36,800 bases of DNA from Octopus bimaculoides (GCF_001194135.2 NC_068986.1:105250241-105287040), one strand, 5' to 3'; shown: positions 11,526 through 23,668, counted from the stretch's first letter. Numbers and translations are program-made. The notes: generated by a model not told the origin, from the letters alone.

Positions 11526-11893
11526 ACTTGTACCTGGGTACAATACAGCCCAGATACTCATATACTAAGCCGGCGAGCTGGCAGAAACGTTAGCACGCCG
11601 GGCGAAATGCTTAGCGGTATTTCGTCTGTTTTTACGTCTTTAGTTCAAATTCCACTGAGGTCGACTTTGCCTTTCATCCTTTCGAGGTCGATAAATTAAG
11701 TACCAGTTACGCACTGGGGTCGACGTAATCGACTTAATCCGTTTGTCTGTCCTTGTTTGTCCCCTCTATGTTTAGCCCCTTGTGGGCAATAAGGAAATAA
11801 GATACTCATATAATCAGATACTCATAACGTATATCTGGGTACATTACCTGTACCTGGGTATAATACAGCTCAGATAATCAGATACTCAAAATA
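11526..11893 (+). repeat. Degenerate short tandem duplication (TGTACCTGGGTA.AATACAGC.CAGATA / AATCAGATACTCA units) split by a SINE B insertion
   Basis: Unit seen at 11526-11564 and again at 11846-11893; AATCAGATACTCA recurs after the SINE. Confidence 0.7.
11568..11799 (+). mobile_element. SINE family B (B1 tail), full length, with 13-bp TSD
   Basis: Head GGCGAGCTGGCAGAAACGTTAG, B-box-like GTTCAAATTCC, tail GCCCCTTGTGGGCAATAAGGAAATA. TSD AGATACTCATATA at 11552-11564 and 11800-11812. Confidence 0.95.
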
Positions 11894-12304
11894 TTTGATA
11901 TCGGTCTATGCTATAACACTCGTAAAACTTTTAGTGCTCCTGGAGGTACCATCGTGGCGTGTTTATTTGAGCAATGAAAACTTTCACAGTCATTTTCTTA
12001 CCAGAGGAAAGAAAATTGGAAAATATAGATCAAAGAAAGTAACGTCAACCCCAATCCTGGACTGGTAATATATTTGTAACCCCGAAAGGAGAAAGGGAAA
12101 AATTACCTAGCAAGGATTTGAATGCAGATCACGAAGATTCTATCTGTCGTTCAAACGGCTCGACCAAAACCCCTTTTACGATAGCAACGAAAGTAACAGA
12201 TAATAATAAAACATATGATTTCTTCTCCAGGGTCACACTGAAATAATTTATTCTTCATAATACCATTTTTCGCTATAGGTACATGACTTAAAACTTCGGT
12301 TAAG

Positions 12305-12357
12305 GATATAAGTCGATTACATCGACCCCAGTGCTCAATTGGTACTTAATTCATAGA
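12305..12357 (-). mobile_element. SINE family B body fragment
   Basis: aagtcgattacatcgaccccagtg...ggtacttaatt matches the family B body complement. Confidence 0.75.
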
Positions 12358-12599
12358 CTCTCTTTTACTCTTTTACTTGTTCCAATCATTTGACAGCGGC
12401 CATGCTAGAGCACCGCCTTTAGTCGAGCAAATCGACCCCGGGACTTATTCTTTGTAAGCCTAGCACTTAATCTATCGGTCTCTTTTGCCGGACCACTAAG
12501 TTACAGGGACGTAAACACACCAGCATCGGTTGTCAAGCGATGTTGGGGGGACAAACACAGACACACAAACATATACACACGCATACTTATGTATATATA
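12358..12599 (-). mobile_element. SINE family A, 3' half, running into a gap at its internal microsatellite
   Basis: tcttttactcttttacttg...gagcaccgcctttagtcgagc...ttgtcaagcgatgttgggggg, then (TA)n and Ns. Confidence 0.95.
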
Positions 12600-13307
12600 N
12601 NNNNNNNNNNNNNNNNNNNNNNNNNNNNNNNNNNNNNNNNNNNNNNNNNNNNNNNNNNNNNNNNNNNNNNNNNNNNNNNNNNNNNNNNNNNNNNNNNNNN
12701 NNNNNNNNNNNNNNNNNNNNNNNNNNNNNNNNNNNNNNNNNNNNNNNNNNNNNNNNNNNNNNNNNNNNNNNNNNNNNNNNNNNNNNNNNNNNNNNNNNNN
12801 NNNNNNNNNNNNNNNNNNNNNNNNNNNNNNNNNNNNNNNNNNNNNNNNNNNNNNNNNNNNNNNNNNNNNNNNNNNNNNNNNNNNNNNNNNNNNNNNNNNN
12901 NNNNNNNNNNNNNNNNNNNNNNNNNNNNNNNNNNNNNNNNNNNNNNNNNNNNNNNNNNNNNNNNNNNNNNNNNNNNNNNNNNNNNNNNNNNNNNNNNNNN
13001 NNNNNNNNNNNNNNNNNNNNNNNNNNNNNNNNNNNNNNNNNNNNNNNNNNNNNNNNNNNNNNNNNNNNNNNNNNNNNNNNNNNNNNNNNNNNNNNNNNNN
13101 NNNNNNNNNNNNNNNNNNNNNNNNNNNNNNNNNNNNNNNNNNNNNNNNNNNNNNNNNNNNNNNNNNNNNNNNNNNNNNNNNNNNNNNNNNNNNNNNNNNN
13201 NNNNNNNNNNNNNNNNNNNNNNNNNNNNNNNNNNNNNNNNNNNNNNNNNNNNNNNNNNNNNNNNNNNNNNNNNNNNNNNNNNNNNNNNNNNNNNNNNNNN
13301 NNNNNNN
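12600..13307. other. Assembly gap (N run)
   Basis: N characters. Confidence 1.
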
Positions 13308-13435
13308 GTATGTGATCGTCGTGCCGTCATCTGCTGCGTAATGAAGCCACCGGCAGCACCCCGTGCGCACGGTCGATGTCGCGTCTGGCTCCGTCTGGAG
13401 GGTCGTCGTTATCGTCACTAGGCACTATCAAGCAC

Positions 13436-13466
<31 letters not shown>

Positions 13467-13611
13467 TGTGTGTGTCCGTGTGTTATGCGCCAAGTGATAG
13501 GACGCCGACGACAAGGCGAACGAGTCGGGACGAGGTGCGGGTAAACGGCAGAAGTAAGCCCCAAAATTGCTCGCTTTTTGCCAAACTCAGAAAGGCAAGC
13601 CTCATATCAAC

Positions 13612-13815
13612 AAGGCAGCGAACGGGTAGGATCGTTAGCACGCCGAACAAATGGCTTACCATCATTTCTTTCGGGTTTTTAATATTTTGTATTGAAATGC
13701 CCACGAGGTAAACTTAGCACTTCATCCCACAATGATCGATAAAATAAACTACCAGTTGAGTACTTGATTCAGTGTAACTCATTTGTCCCCTTCCCTTAAA
13801 ATCGCTGACCCTGAA
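13612..13815 (+). mobile_element. SINE family B, old diverged copy
   Basis: aaggcagcgaacgggtaggatcgttagcacgccg...cttcatccc...gataaaataaactaccagttgagtac...cccttcccttaaaatcgctg follows the family B layout. Confidence 0.7.
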
Positions 13816-14491
13816 CCCTGCAACTACAATCCCTTACGTTCCATAGGAACAGGGTCATCCGCTTTATAAGCCATATATATATATATATATAAAGCAACGA
13901 AGGTACATCTATATTGTTGTTGGCAGGGTAGAAAGGCTAGATAAATCTCCCTCAAAACACCTTCAACCCGCTTTCAAAAATGGAAATATTGGCTAATATT
14001 TTCTGAGCTACATATTTTGGTTTTAAAAAGAAAACTAGTCAAATGGCCTTGGCTTCAATGCCTTTAATCATGCGCCTGCTAAGGAGCAATCATTTTTCTC
14101 ATCCATCAACACCTACCTAAAACAGGCATCCTTCCCCTTTTTCTATTTTTTTTTTATTCTAATCACTAATGAATAAACTTCAAGAACGTTAAGCAAACTT
14201 CAGCTCCGTCAACCAAAATCAATCATCTTTATCAGTGTCTTCATACTAATCTCAGGAAGGGCCGTATATGCCATAAACTCTACTTTCCATCATCAAATTT
14301 AATTAAGAAATATATAATATGGCATAAGGCTGAGAGGGAAAGCGTAAAAAAAAATCCTGACATTATTTAATCGTAGTAAAGTCAGATATATGCGTATGTG
14401 TGTGTATGTATTTGAAATTGAGTTGGCTGTATAAGGAAGATGGTGGAAAAAATTGCGCATTATGGATTTAGTTATAGATGGTCTTAGTGAA

Positions 14492-14808
14492 GAAGTGTGG
14501 TGTAGTGGTTAGGGTATTCGTCTCACGAATGTTGGGTGGTGAGTTCGATTCTCGGTGGTGCGCTGTGTCCTTGAGCAAGACACTTTATACCACCTTGCTC
14601 CAGTCCACTCAAATGGCGAAAATGGTTCGTACCTGTATTTAAAAAGGGCCCACCTTTTCACATTCTGTGACACGCTGAATCTTCCTGAGAACTACATTAA
14701 GGACAGACGTGAATGTGGAATGCTCAGATGTTAATTTTAAGAGTCGGCTGTTTTGTTGAATGGATCAGCTGAAACCATCGTCGTCGTAGCCGACGAAGTA
14801 CCAACAAA
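14492..14808 (+). mobile_element. tRNA-headed SINE with CORE-like centre and D-type 3' half
   Basis: A-box-like TGGTGTAGTGGTT, B-box-like GAGTTCGATTCTC, GTGTCCTTGAGCAAGACACTTT...TTGCTCCAGTCCACTCA. The 3' part 14629-14808 is homologous to the reverse complement of about 24575-24750. Confidence 0.85.
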
Positions 14809-14928
14809 TTTGCAACTGAGTTCGCTGTATAAGTTGTATGATGGAACAAATTGTGCATTACGGGTCCTAAACCGATGGTCCTAAAATGTTAATGCGCTCA
14901 CACGGCTTGAAAATGTCAAAATCTGAGA

Positions 14929-15311
14929 TTTATTCTTCTCTACTCTAAGTACAAGGCCCGAAATTTTGGGGGAGGGGGGCTCAGTCGATTAGATCGACCC
15001 CAGTACACATCTGGGACTTACTTTATCGACCCCGAAAGGATGAAAGGTAATGTCGACCTCGGCGGAATTTGAACTCAAAATGTATCGGCAGACGAAATAC
15101 CTATTTCTTTACTGCCCACAAGGGGCTACACACAAACGGATTAAGTCGATTATATCGACCCCAGTGCGTAACCGGTACTTATTTAATCGACCCCGAAAGG
15201 ATGAACGGCAAAGTCGACCTCGGCGGAATTTGAACTCAGAACGTAACGGCAGACGAAATACCGCTAAGCATTTCGCCCAGCGTGCTAACGTTTCTGCCAG
15301 CTCGCAGCCTT
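14929..15311 (-). mobile_element. SINE family B dimer (full B1 monomer plus 5'-truncated B2 monomer)
   Basis: Two bodies in tandem; junction gcagacgaaatac|ctatttc at 15100/15101. Confidence 0.9.
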
Positions 15312-15313
15312 AA

Positions 15314-15346
<33 letters not shown>

Positions 15347-15417
15347 TTCTATTAAGATGCTTACGTATATAATGATAGAGTTTTTGCGAAATTCGGAGTA
15401 TCCTCACTGTGCTAGAG

Positions 15418-15539
15418 CAACGGTTCCCAACCCTGAGTCCGCAAAGGTAGGACTGAGGATCCATGGACTAAATTCAAAATTTTATCTATATATAGCCTTG
15501 TGAGTGGATTTGGTAGACGGAAACTGAAAGAAGCCCGTC

Positions 15540-15582
<43 letters not shown>

Positions 15583-15901
15583 TGCATATGTTTGTGTGTC
15601 TGTGTTTGTCCCCCCAACATCGCTTGACAATCGATATTGGTGTGTTTACGTACCCGTAACATAGCGGTTCGGCAAAAGGGAGCGATAGAATAAGTACTAG
15701 GTTTACAAATAGTAAGTCCTGCGGTCGATTTGCTCGACTAAAGGCGGTGCACCAGCATGGCCACAGTCAAATGTCTAAAACAAGTAAAAAAAAAAGGAAA
15801 TTAGGATAATCATATGAAAAGGGGTCCGTGGAAAACTTCATTTAAAGAAAAGGGTTGGGACCAAATTTTGGGAACTACTGCGAAACGGTTGGGAACTCCT
15901 G
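15418..15901. mobile_element. Non-autonomous hAT (Charlie-like) MITE with 8-bp TSD, interrupted by SINE A
   Basis: Left TIR CAACGGTTCCCAACC, right TIR GGTTGGGAACTCCTG; TSD TGCTAGAG (15410-15417) / TGTTAGAG (15902-15909), 7/8 identical. Confidence 0.8.
15494..15795 (+). mobile_element. SINE family A, 5'-truncated, nested inside the hAT MITE
   Basis: Starts at AGCCTTGTGAGTGG, carries a long (TA)n tract, ends AAACAAGTAAAA. Confidence 0.9.
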
Positions 15902-16089
15902 TGTTAGAGTTATAATACGTTATCTCAATGGTTATAAGCTGTCTCTGCAGCAATACTGCGTATACAGGAATTAGAAAAGCATGACCATGAAATCTGTGAA
16001 AAAGGAAAAAAACAAAAAGCAAAATGGAAGATAAGTCGTCTATTAACGCACAGGAAATATCCGATAGGACTCAGTTGATGAGATACTTA

Positions 16090-16133
16090 GCCGTATGAAG
16101 AACTGTACTAGTATATATATATATATAAATATA

Positions 16134-16168
<35 letters not shown>

Positions 16169-16907
16169 ATGTATGTCTATATATGTATGGGGGAGAGAGG
16201 TGAAGGGGAGAGAGAATGAGAAGACATGCGGCTTGTGCAACCATATTTTGCTCGTAGTGTATTGATCTAATATTTATTATAGTACCAATTACATTATAGT
16301 CAAATAACAATTTTAGCGCACCTTATCAAAGCCTTCACATGTTTTTAGTTGATTTTCTTGTCTCCTGATTCTTGTATCTTCCTCTTGGTTTTTTTTTTCT
16401 CTCTCTGACTCCCAAATTCTCTTTCTTTCTTTCTTTCTTTCTCTCTCTCTCTCTCTTTCTGTCCCTCCCTTCTCGCTCGTTCGTTTCACCTCTCTCAATC
16501 TCCATCTCTTTCTGTATCTTTCGTGCTATTTTCACAGGATTTCTTCCTCTCTCTCTCTCTCTCTCTCTCCTGTCCAGTACAGGAATCCAGTTCATACAGT
16601 TATTCCAACTGGATACACACAGTTACTATCAGGCCTGCACCAGCATTGCCATTTTCACTGCGCTAGTATTAACGCTTCTGTATTTTTTCCCCTGTCCTTT
16701 TCTTCTGCCTTATGGATACTTCACCCTAATGCTGATGTAAATTTGCAATCCATCACTCTATGGTGTCTTCTTGCCTCTGTCTTTTTCATTATTCTTTTTT
16801 TTCTAACATTATTCTAAATCTGCTTCAGCCCAGAACCACAATTAGATTTAATCTCTGCTCTTGTACCCATAAGTCAAAGCAAAACTTCACTTACAAACTC
16901 TCCCACT

Positions 16908-16997
<90 letters not shown>

Positions 16998-17293
16998 TCT
17001 CTCTCTCTTCCTTTCTCTCTCTGTCTATCTCTCCCTCTTTCATTGATTCCTTCATTCTCATATCTCTATCATTCCGCTTCAATTTTCTTCCTTAGCTTCT
17101 ACTTTTACTCGTTCTCCCGTTTACACACACACACACGCATTCTCTCTCTCTCTCTCTCCCATTGCCCTTATACACACACACATATACACCGCTTTTCTAT
17201 ATTACATATTAACCACCTTACCTATCTACCTACCTATCTATCTATCTATCTATTTAACTAAGTATCTATTTATCTATCCAGAGGGATAGATAA

Positions 17294-17362
<69 letters not shown>

Positions 17363-17447
17363 CAGGCACATACATACATAGACACATACATACATCGATA
17401 CATGCATAGACAGACGTATGTATTACGTAGAACTATCTGTCTATCGA

Positions 17448-17482
<35 letters not shown>

Positions 17483-17752
17483 CTATTTATCTAAGAATTC
17501 ATCTACCTATCTTGATAGATAACTAGATAGATAGATAGACATATCTATTGCGTATAACTATTTATCGGTCGATCAAGTTCTCTGTCTATGAAGCTATCAA
17601 TCAATCTGTTTGTCTGTCTGTCCGCTTGTCTGTCTAATCATTCTATATCTTCTGTTTTTTACTATATTAGGTCTTTTAACACTTTAAACTATAATATCTA
17701 ATTTATCATACAGAATTTTCTCTTTCTCCGTCTTTCTCTCTCTCTCTTTCTC

Positions 17753-17784
<32 letters not shown>

Positions 17785-17830
17785 GCCGTTTCTCTCTCTC
17801 CCTCTATCTTTCTCTCTTTCTTTCTCACCC
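16090..17830. repeat. Dense microsatellite cluster: (TA)n, (CT)n (long run about 16907-16995), (CA)n, (TATC)n, (GATA)n
   Basis: Directly visible; explains the RERERE, LSLSLS and SIYLSI ORFs. Confidence 0.95.
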
Positions 17831-18214
17831 TTTCTGTCCTCTCTTCTGTCTCCAGTTTCTCTTTCACAAGAAAGCTGGGATGTGTGGTTAAGAGATATTT
17901 TTTCCCGAGTTCGATCTCAATATGTCGCCCTTAACCAAATGTTTCTTTATAATAATCTCAGTTTAACCCACTGACCATCCCCAGTGCGCTTTCAATGTAC
18001 GACAAAATGACGATGACATTGTCACCCTACATTTTGATCTCGATTCCCCTCTCACTACACAGAGGTGGCATAAAGAGTAATTAGTAGCATAGGAGACAAC
18101 TAAAGCACACTGTCCCCCGGTCCGCTGAAAATTTCAGATTTTCTTCGCCATTTCTTATACTTAATAATGAAACACCTTTGATAGGCGAAATACTGTAGAG
18201 GAAGTCTTGACAGT

Positions 18215-18470
18215 GGAGGCGCGTGGCCTAGTAGTTAGGGTGTCAGCACCATGATCGTAAGATTGTGGTTTCCATTCCTGAGCCGAGTGACGCGTTATGT
18301 TCTTGAGCAAAACACTTCATTTCACATTGCTCCAGTCCACTCAGCTGGCAAAAATGAGTAACGACGCGATGGACTGGCGTCCCGTCCAGCTGGGGAACAC
18401 ATACGCCATTGAAACCGGGAAACCGGGCCCATGAACCTGAATAGGCTTTAAAAGGGCGCATTTATTTATT
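18215..18470 (+). mobile_element. tRNA-headed SINE family C (CORE-like centre, distinct tail)
   Basis: GGAGGCGCGTGGCCTAGTAGTTAGG head; TGTTCTTGAGCAAAACACTT...TTGCTCCAGTCCACTCAGCTGGCAAAAATGAGTA; tail GGCTTTAAAAGGGCGCATTTATTT. Confidence 0.9.
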
Positions 18471-18532
18471 ATCTTTAAGTCTTGACATACATATCTTATG
18501 CACTAGATATGTTAAAACACATTAAATATATT

Positions 18533-18758
18533 TATTTCTTTATTGCCCACAAGGGGCTAAACATAGATGGGACAAACAAGGACAAACAAAGGTATTAAGT
18601 CGAATGCATCGACCCCAGTACGTAACTGGTACTTATTTAATCGACCCCGAAAGGATGAAAGCAAAGTCGACCTCGACGGAATTTGAACTCAGAACGTAAC
18701 GGCAGACGAAATACCGCTAAGCATTTCGCCCGGCATGCTAATGATTCTGCCAGTCGCC
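18533..18758 (-). mobile_element. SINE family B (B1 tail) with 10-bp TSD
   Basis: Full head-body-tail; TAAATATATT at 18523-18532 and 18763-18772. Confidence 0.92.
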
Positions 18759-19180
18759 ACAATAAATATATTAGACACATAAATTCGTCCTCGTAGCGAC
18801 CAGTGAGAGCACTATATGCAATTCTACCTTTTAAAGCCTTTTTTTTTTATCAGTCACGTGCTTGGGCGTGTATTGGTCTTCTTTGATATAGGAAGACGTG
18901 AACAAAACATTCACTAATCCTGCGAATAGCTGCCCTGCTAAGGAAAATACAGCTTATGCAATTGAGGTAGCATTTAATTATAATGGCTATCAATATATCA
19001 TACTTAATGTATATACACACCAAGCATCTGGTGCTCTTGCTGGCCCTGGCTGGGACGAATCTCCGTCTTTCTGACATTTATTGTGTTGTTAATACAGCAA
19101 GTCCATATGAAACGTTAAGAACAAATACTGCAGTAATTTGTCAATCGGCAGTATACACTAAGTATGATACACAGGTATCT

Positions 19181-19259
19181 ATTTTAATTAAATGCTGTTT
19201 ATTTTAACTAAATGCTGTTTATTTTAACTAAATGCTGTTTATTTTTAACTAAATGCTGT
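19181..19259. repeat. Minisatellite, 20-bp unit ATTTTAACTAAATGCTGTTT x4
   Basis: Four visible tandem units with minor variants. Confidence 0.95.
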
Positions 19260-19261
19260 AT

Positions 19262-20400
19262 ACTAGATTACCAGATTGATAGTAATGGATTAACTCAGTC
19301 TCATCTGGCTATCAATCCAGGGAACGCATGCAATGAATTCTACAGATTGTGGAGTTGGATTGATGTTGAATTGGAAGATAAGAGAGCCGCTGCAGGTTAA
19401 CAATATATTGATGTTTATTATCACGAAGAAAGTATTTGCTTGAATTCATCAAGAGGCAGTGATCGCCGTCACGAAACCAAACGTCTGCTTTCGTATATTA
19501 ACAGCATATTACGGATGACTAACATTTGATTGTGAAAACAACGTATTTGATGTGGGCTACGTCAAGGTGACACATCCGTGCACTTCCTCTTCAGCACGGC
19601 TCTGGACTACGCCGTCCAGCAGTCCATTGATGAAGTCATTAGGAACACGTCGTTGATGCAATGACACCAACAATTCTGTGCATTGCCATTTACATTGCTT
19701 TGCTAGTAAATAAAATCACAGATTTTCAGACACTTCCATCAAGATTTCAAACCAATTTCAAGACGTCTGACTACATCGCGCAGTTTATATTAGGCTGCGT
19801 TGAGCACTTGACTCGAACGTAGTCGATAATATGGAACATAGTTGCGATAAAATCAGAATTTGGGATACAAGAACCGAAATACATTCTTCACAAGCATATA
19901 TTACTGTCTCTTGGAAAAGAGAGCTGAGCTATAGGCACAAGGCCTGAAATTTTGCGGAGAGAGGACTAGTCAATCACACCGACTCCAGTGTTTCACTGGT
20001 ACTTTATTCATCAACCTCGAAAGGATGAAAAGCAAAGTCAACCTCGGTGGAATTTGAACTCAAAATGTAGCGACAGGCGAAAAACCACGAAGCATTTCAC
20101 CCATCGTGCTAACGTTTCTGCCAGCTCGCTGCCTTCTGCTATTTATAAATAATATGAAGTATGTCTGAATGCACAACACTAGAAAATATGTGAAGAGAAC
20201 TTTCCAACCAGAAATTGAGACTGGTGTGAAAGGTGGATCTTGAAAGCTCAGTGGAGAAGTTCTTTGTTGGATGCTGCTGTGCTCGGCTATTCTGAATGTC
20301 GTCTAACGTCAGCTGAATAAACCGACCAACTGGCAACTCTGTAGTGAACGGAAGAACTCTATTTGACTAACAGTATATCAGATTAACAAAAGTGTTTCAG
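19262..20400 (+). mobile_element. Decayed RTE-type LINE reverse transcriptase region, interrupted by SINE B at 19929-20135
   Basis: Motifs in the expected order across frameshifts: ILTAY (19495), GLRQGDTSVHFLFSTALDYAVQQSI (19554; cf. RTE GVLQGDTLAPYLFIIVLDYA), IALL (19694), AILNV..RQ..PT..QL (20286). Confidence 0.6.
19929..20135 (-). mobile_element. SINE family B (B2 tail)
   Basis: ctataggcacaaggcctgaaatttt ... tttctgccagctcgctgcc. Confidence 0.9.
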
Positions 20401-21459
20401 AAACCCAGATGCTGGTTGCTAATAGTAACTTAAGGAATCAATCCATGAAAGACTAAACTATAGACTCTCTTACAAAGTCATGGTCAGGTTCTTGACGGAA
20501 GACAACTTCCGATGAACTGGGAACACCGAAAGTCATATACGAGATATATGGCGTATCCACCATCGTGTCCTATATAAGTACAAGATGTATTAAAAAGATA
20601 ATGATTTTTCATATTGTATTTTCATAATTTTTTACACGCACACACACTCTCATGCACACACACACACACATACAACGCACACATACACACACACACACAA
20701 ACCCAAACATACACACTCCCTCGTGCGCCCTCTTCCTCCTTCCCTCCTACCCTCCCTCCCATAGGCTTAGTCATATATTTTTCTCATTTAATATCAGATA
20801 TTTCACATTTATTCAGAAACGCAATGGTCACTCAACCTCCCTGAAATAAGTGCCAAGTATCTTATCTCGTTTTAAAAATTTGATAGCAGAACTGTTCAAG
20901 AGTGATTCAAAACAAACAACACATTACAGAGATCTATCAACTCTAGGACTTATTTCCGCTTGGTACATACCGAAGTGAATTTTCTAGATAAGTGCTGCGA
21001 AAGAAGATAGGTTCTCTACTGTTAAAATTATACGCGCGCGCATATACATACGCAGTACGAGTTTCCATACAGTTTCCCTTATTAAGAGCTACATTGATTA
21101 ATTACTCTTAGGTCGTAAGATTACGGTGACAGACAAGTACCTCAAGAGCTGGTTTGTAGGACCGAAACAAGAGTCGAGCGATTGCGAATTGAATATTCAA
21201 CCTCACACCTACAAAATAAAAATGAAACCTCAACCTATCCTTACAAGCGGCATTAATATTCAATTTAATCTACGTGGTTTTTGACACATAATGAAATGAA
21301 AGTCACTGTAGTCCTCGCCGTTTTGAGACGTCATCCGTAACGAATTTCTGTTGAGCTATTATGGCTGTACGTTAAGTGAACTGCACATTTTAAAAAAGTC
21401 TTCGGTGATTTAGATGTAGCTAGCACCATACTAGACACACTCGTGCATACACGCAGGCA

Positions 21460-21461
21460 AA

Positions 21462-21495
<34 letters not shown>

Positions 21496-21541
21496 NNNNN
21501 NNNNNNNNNNNNNNNNNNNNNNNNNNNNNNNNNNNNNNNNN

Positions 21542-21610
<69 letters not shown>

Positions 21611-21726
21611 TAGATATATTTGATAGATAGATATAGATAGATAGATAGATGTATTTAATAGATAGATAGATAGATATATAGATAGATATATAGATAGATA
21701 TAGATAGATAGATAGATGTGTGCATA

Positions 21727-21759
<33 letters not shown>

Positions 21760-21867
21760 GTGTGTATGTGTGATTGATGCATCTGCGGATACACGCACAC
21801 GCACACGCACACGCACACGCACACGCACACACATATATATATGTATATATATATGTGTGTGTGTGTG

Positions 21868-21905
<38 letters not shown>
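21460..21905. repeat. Compound microsatellite (CA)n-gap-(CA)n-(GATA)n-(TG)n-(CACACG)n-(TA)n-(TG)n
   Basis: Directly visible; short gap at 21496-21541. Confidence 0.95.
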
Positions 21906-21906
<1 letters not shown>

Positions 21907-22412
21907 TAGCGACACAGCTAGACAGAGTGAGAGAGACGCACTGACACAGTCACATACAAACAACACACAATCGCACGCATATAATGTGCTGAAAAGATAA
22001 ACGTTATCGGTTTAGTATTTTCAAAGGCAATTGACGTCACAAGGCAGTGATATAGCTGAGTTCATCAAGTGGTATTTGTCTTAATTGCATAAATCTGGAG
22101 AATCTTCCTTAACGTTAATGATTTGAAATCTGGGCACGCTGAATCAGCGCATATTAATGAAGTACTCAAAATCGTTAACGGGAAACTAAGAGCGTTAACT
22201 TACGTGACATCACCTTTAATGGACTTGTGACGTATTACAAGGAAACGCTAATACCGAGTTTTCTGAATCAGGTAATTATACATTTGCTAAGACCGAGAGA
22301 TGTCTGTCTATCAGTAATTTGGAGCAGTGATACAGTATCGAACGAGTCATCATATAACGACAACATAAACCCTAGTTATATAAAATACATATTCTGCATT
22401 ACTGAAAATAAA

Positions 22413-22444
<32 letters not shown>

Positions 22445-22480
22445 TAAAAATAAAAATACAACTGGATTGCTAAAATAATA

Positions 22481-23040
22481 GGCGTAGGAATGGCTGTGTG
22501 GTAAGTAGCTTGCCTACCAACCACATGGCTCCGAGTTCAGTTCCACTGCGTGGCACCTTGGGCAAGTGTCTTCTACTATAACCTCGGGCCGACCAAAGCC
22601 TTGTGAATGAATTTGGTAGACAGAAATTGAAAGAAGCTCGTCGTATATATTTATATATATATATATATNNNNNNNNNNNNNNNNNNNNNNNNNNNNNNNN
22701 NNNNNNNNNNNNNNNNNNNNNNNNNNNNNNNNNNNNNNNNNNNNNNNNNNNNNNNNNNNNNNNNNNNNNNNNNNNNNNNNNNNNNNNNNNNNNNNNNNNN
22801 NNGTGCGTGTGTATGTGTGTGTTTCTGTGTGTGTGTGTGTGTGCGTGTGTGTTTGTGTGTCTGTGTTTTTCCCCCAACATCGCTTGACAACCGATGCTGG
22901 TGTGTTTACATCCCCGTAACTTAGCGGTTCGGCAAAAGAGAACCGATTAGAATAAGTCCTGGGGGTTGATTTGTTCGACTAAAGGCGGTGCTCCAGCATG
23001 GCCGCAGCCAAATGACTGAAACAAGTAAAAGAGAGTAAAA
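22481..23040 (+). mobile_element. SINE family A, full length, gap (22669-22802) inside its internal microsatellite
   Basis: Head GGCGTAGGAATGGCTGTGTGG before the gap; 3' half and AAAAGAGAGTAAAA tail after it. Confidence 0.95.
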
Positions 23041-23668
23041 GGGAACCCAGTAATTATTCAATACGTATAGTGTAAAGTAAGCCTGTTTGGTACAGTAATA
23101 TCCAATATTAATAAACGTCGCTAGGCAAAACAGTTGTGATTACATGAAGAACTGGATATTATGAGATGCAATTTATTAACGTACAGCGCCGGGTCATATG
23201 AAACTTAAAGATTCGTGGTATTTCGTTATGTAAACGAAATACACTATAAAGTATATCAAATATTTTCATAACTCAACACCATGTTCTACTACGTTAGCAG
23301 TGTTTATTACATTATTTTGCTAAGGTTATTTTAACAGATATTTTATAGAAATAATATAATGCTGGCAATAATTTCTATAGGATATCTCTAGAAGTAAGCT
23401 TAACAAAATAATGTGAAACTTAATATCTTCAACAACGGAACATCCAGAGTACTTACGTAAACAGAGAGGAACCTTCGACGACTTCACAATATTCAACTAT
23501 TTGTCTGTTCAAATAATTTCCTTAAGTTTGTCTTAAACACCTATGTTTGTTTTCAACCGTTCTGAGTAATATAAGGTTTTCCTTTCATAAGTTCAAAATT
23601 ACTCCCGTGGTTGAAATCAACTGAGAATATTTATCAGTTATATGATGTATGGTCTGTGCATCACGTGT

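Noticed and set aside
19181-19259. Regular 20-bp repeats as a CRISPR-like array
   Set aside because: Units are contiguous with no spacers, in a eukaryotic context: an ordinary minisatellite.
21055-21190. Very faint SINE A-like minus-strand remnant
   Set aside because: Similarity is too patchy to support by eye.
22481-22560. tRNA-like heads of the SINEs as tRNA genes
   Set aside because: A- and B-box-like motifs are present, but I could not form a complete cloverleaf and each head continues into a SINE body.
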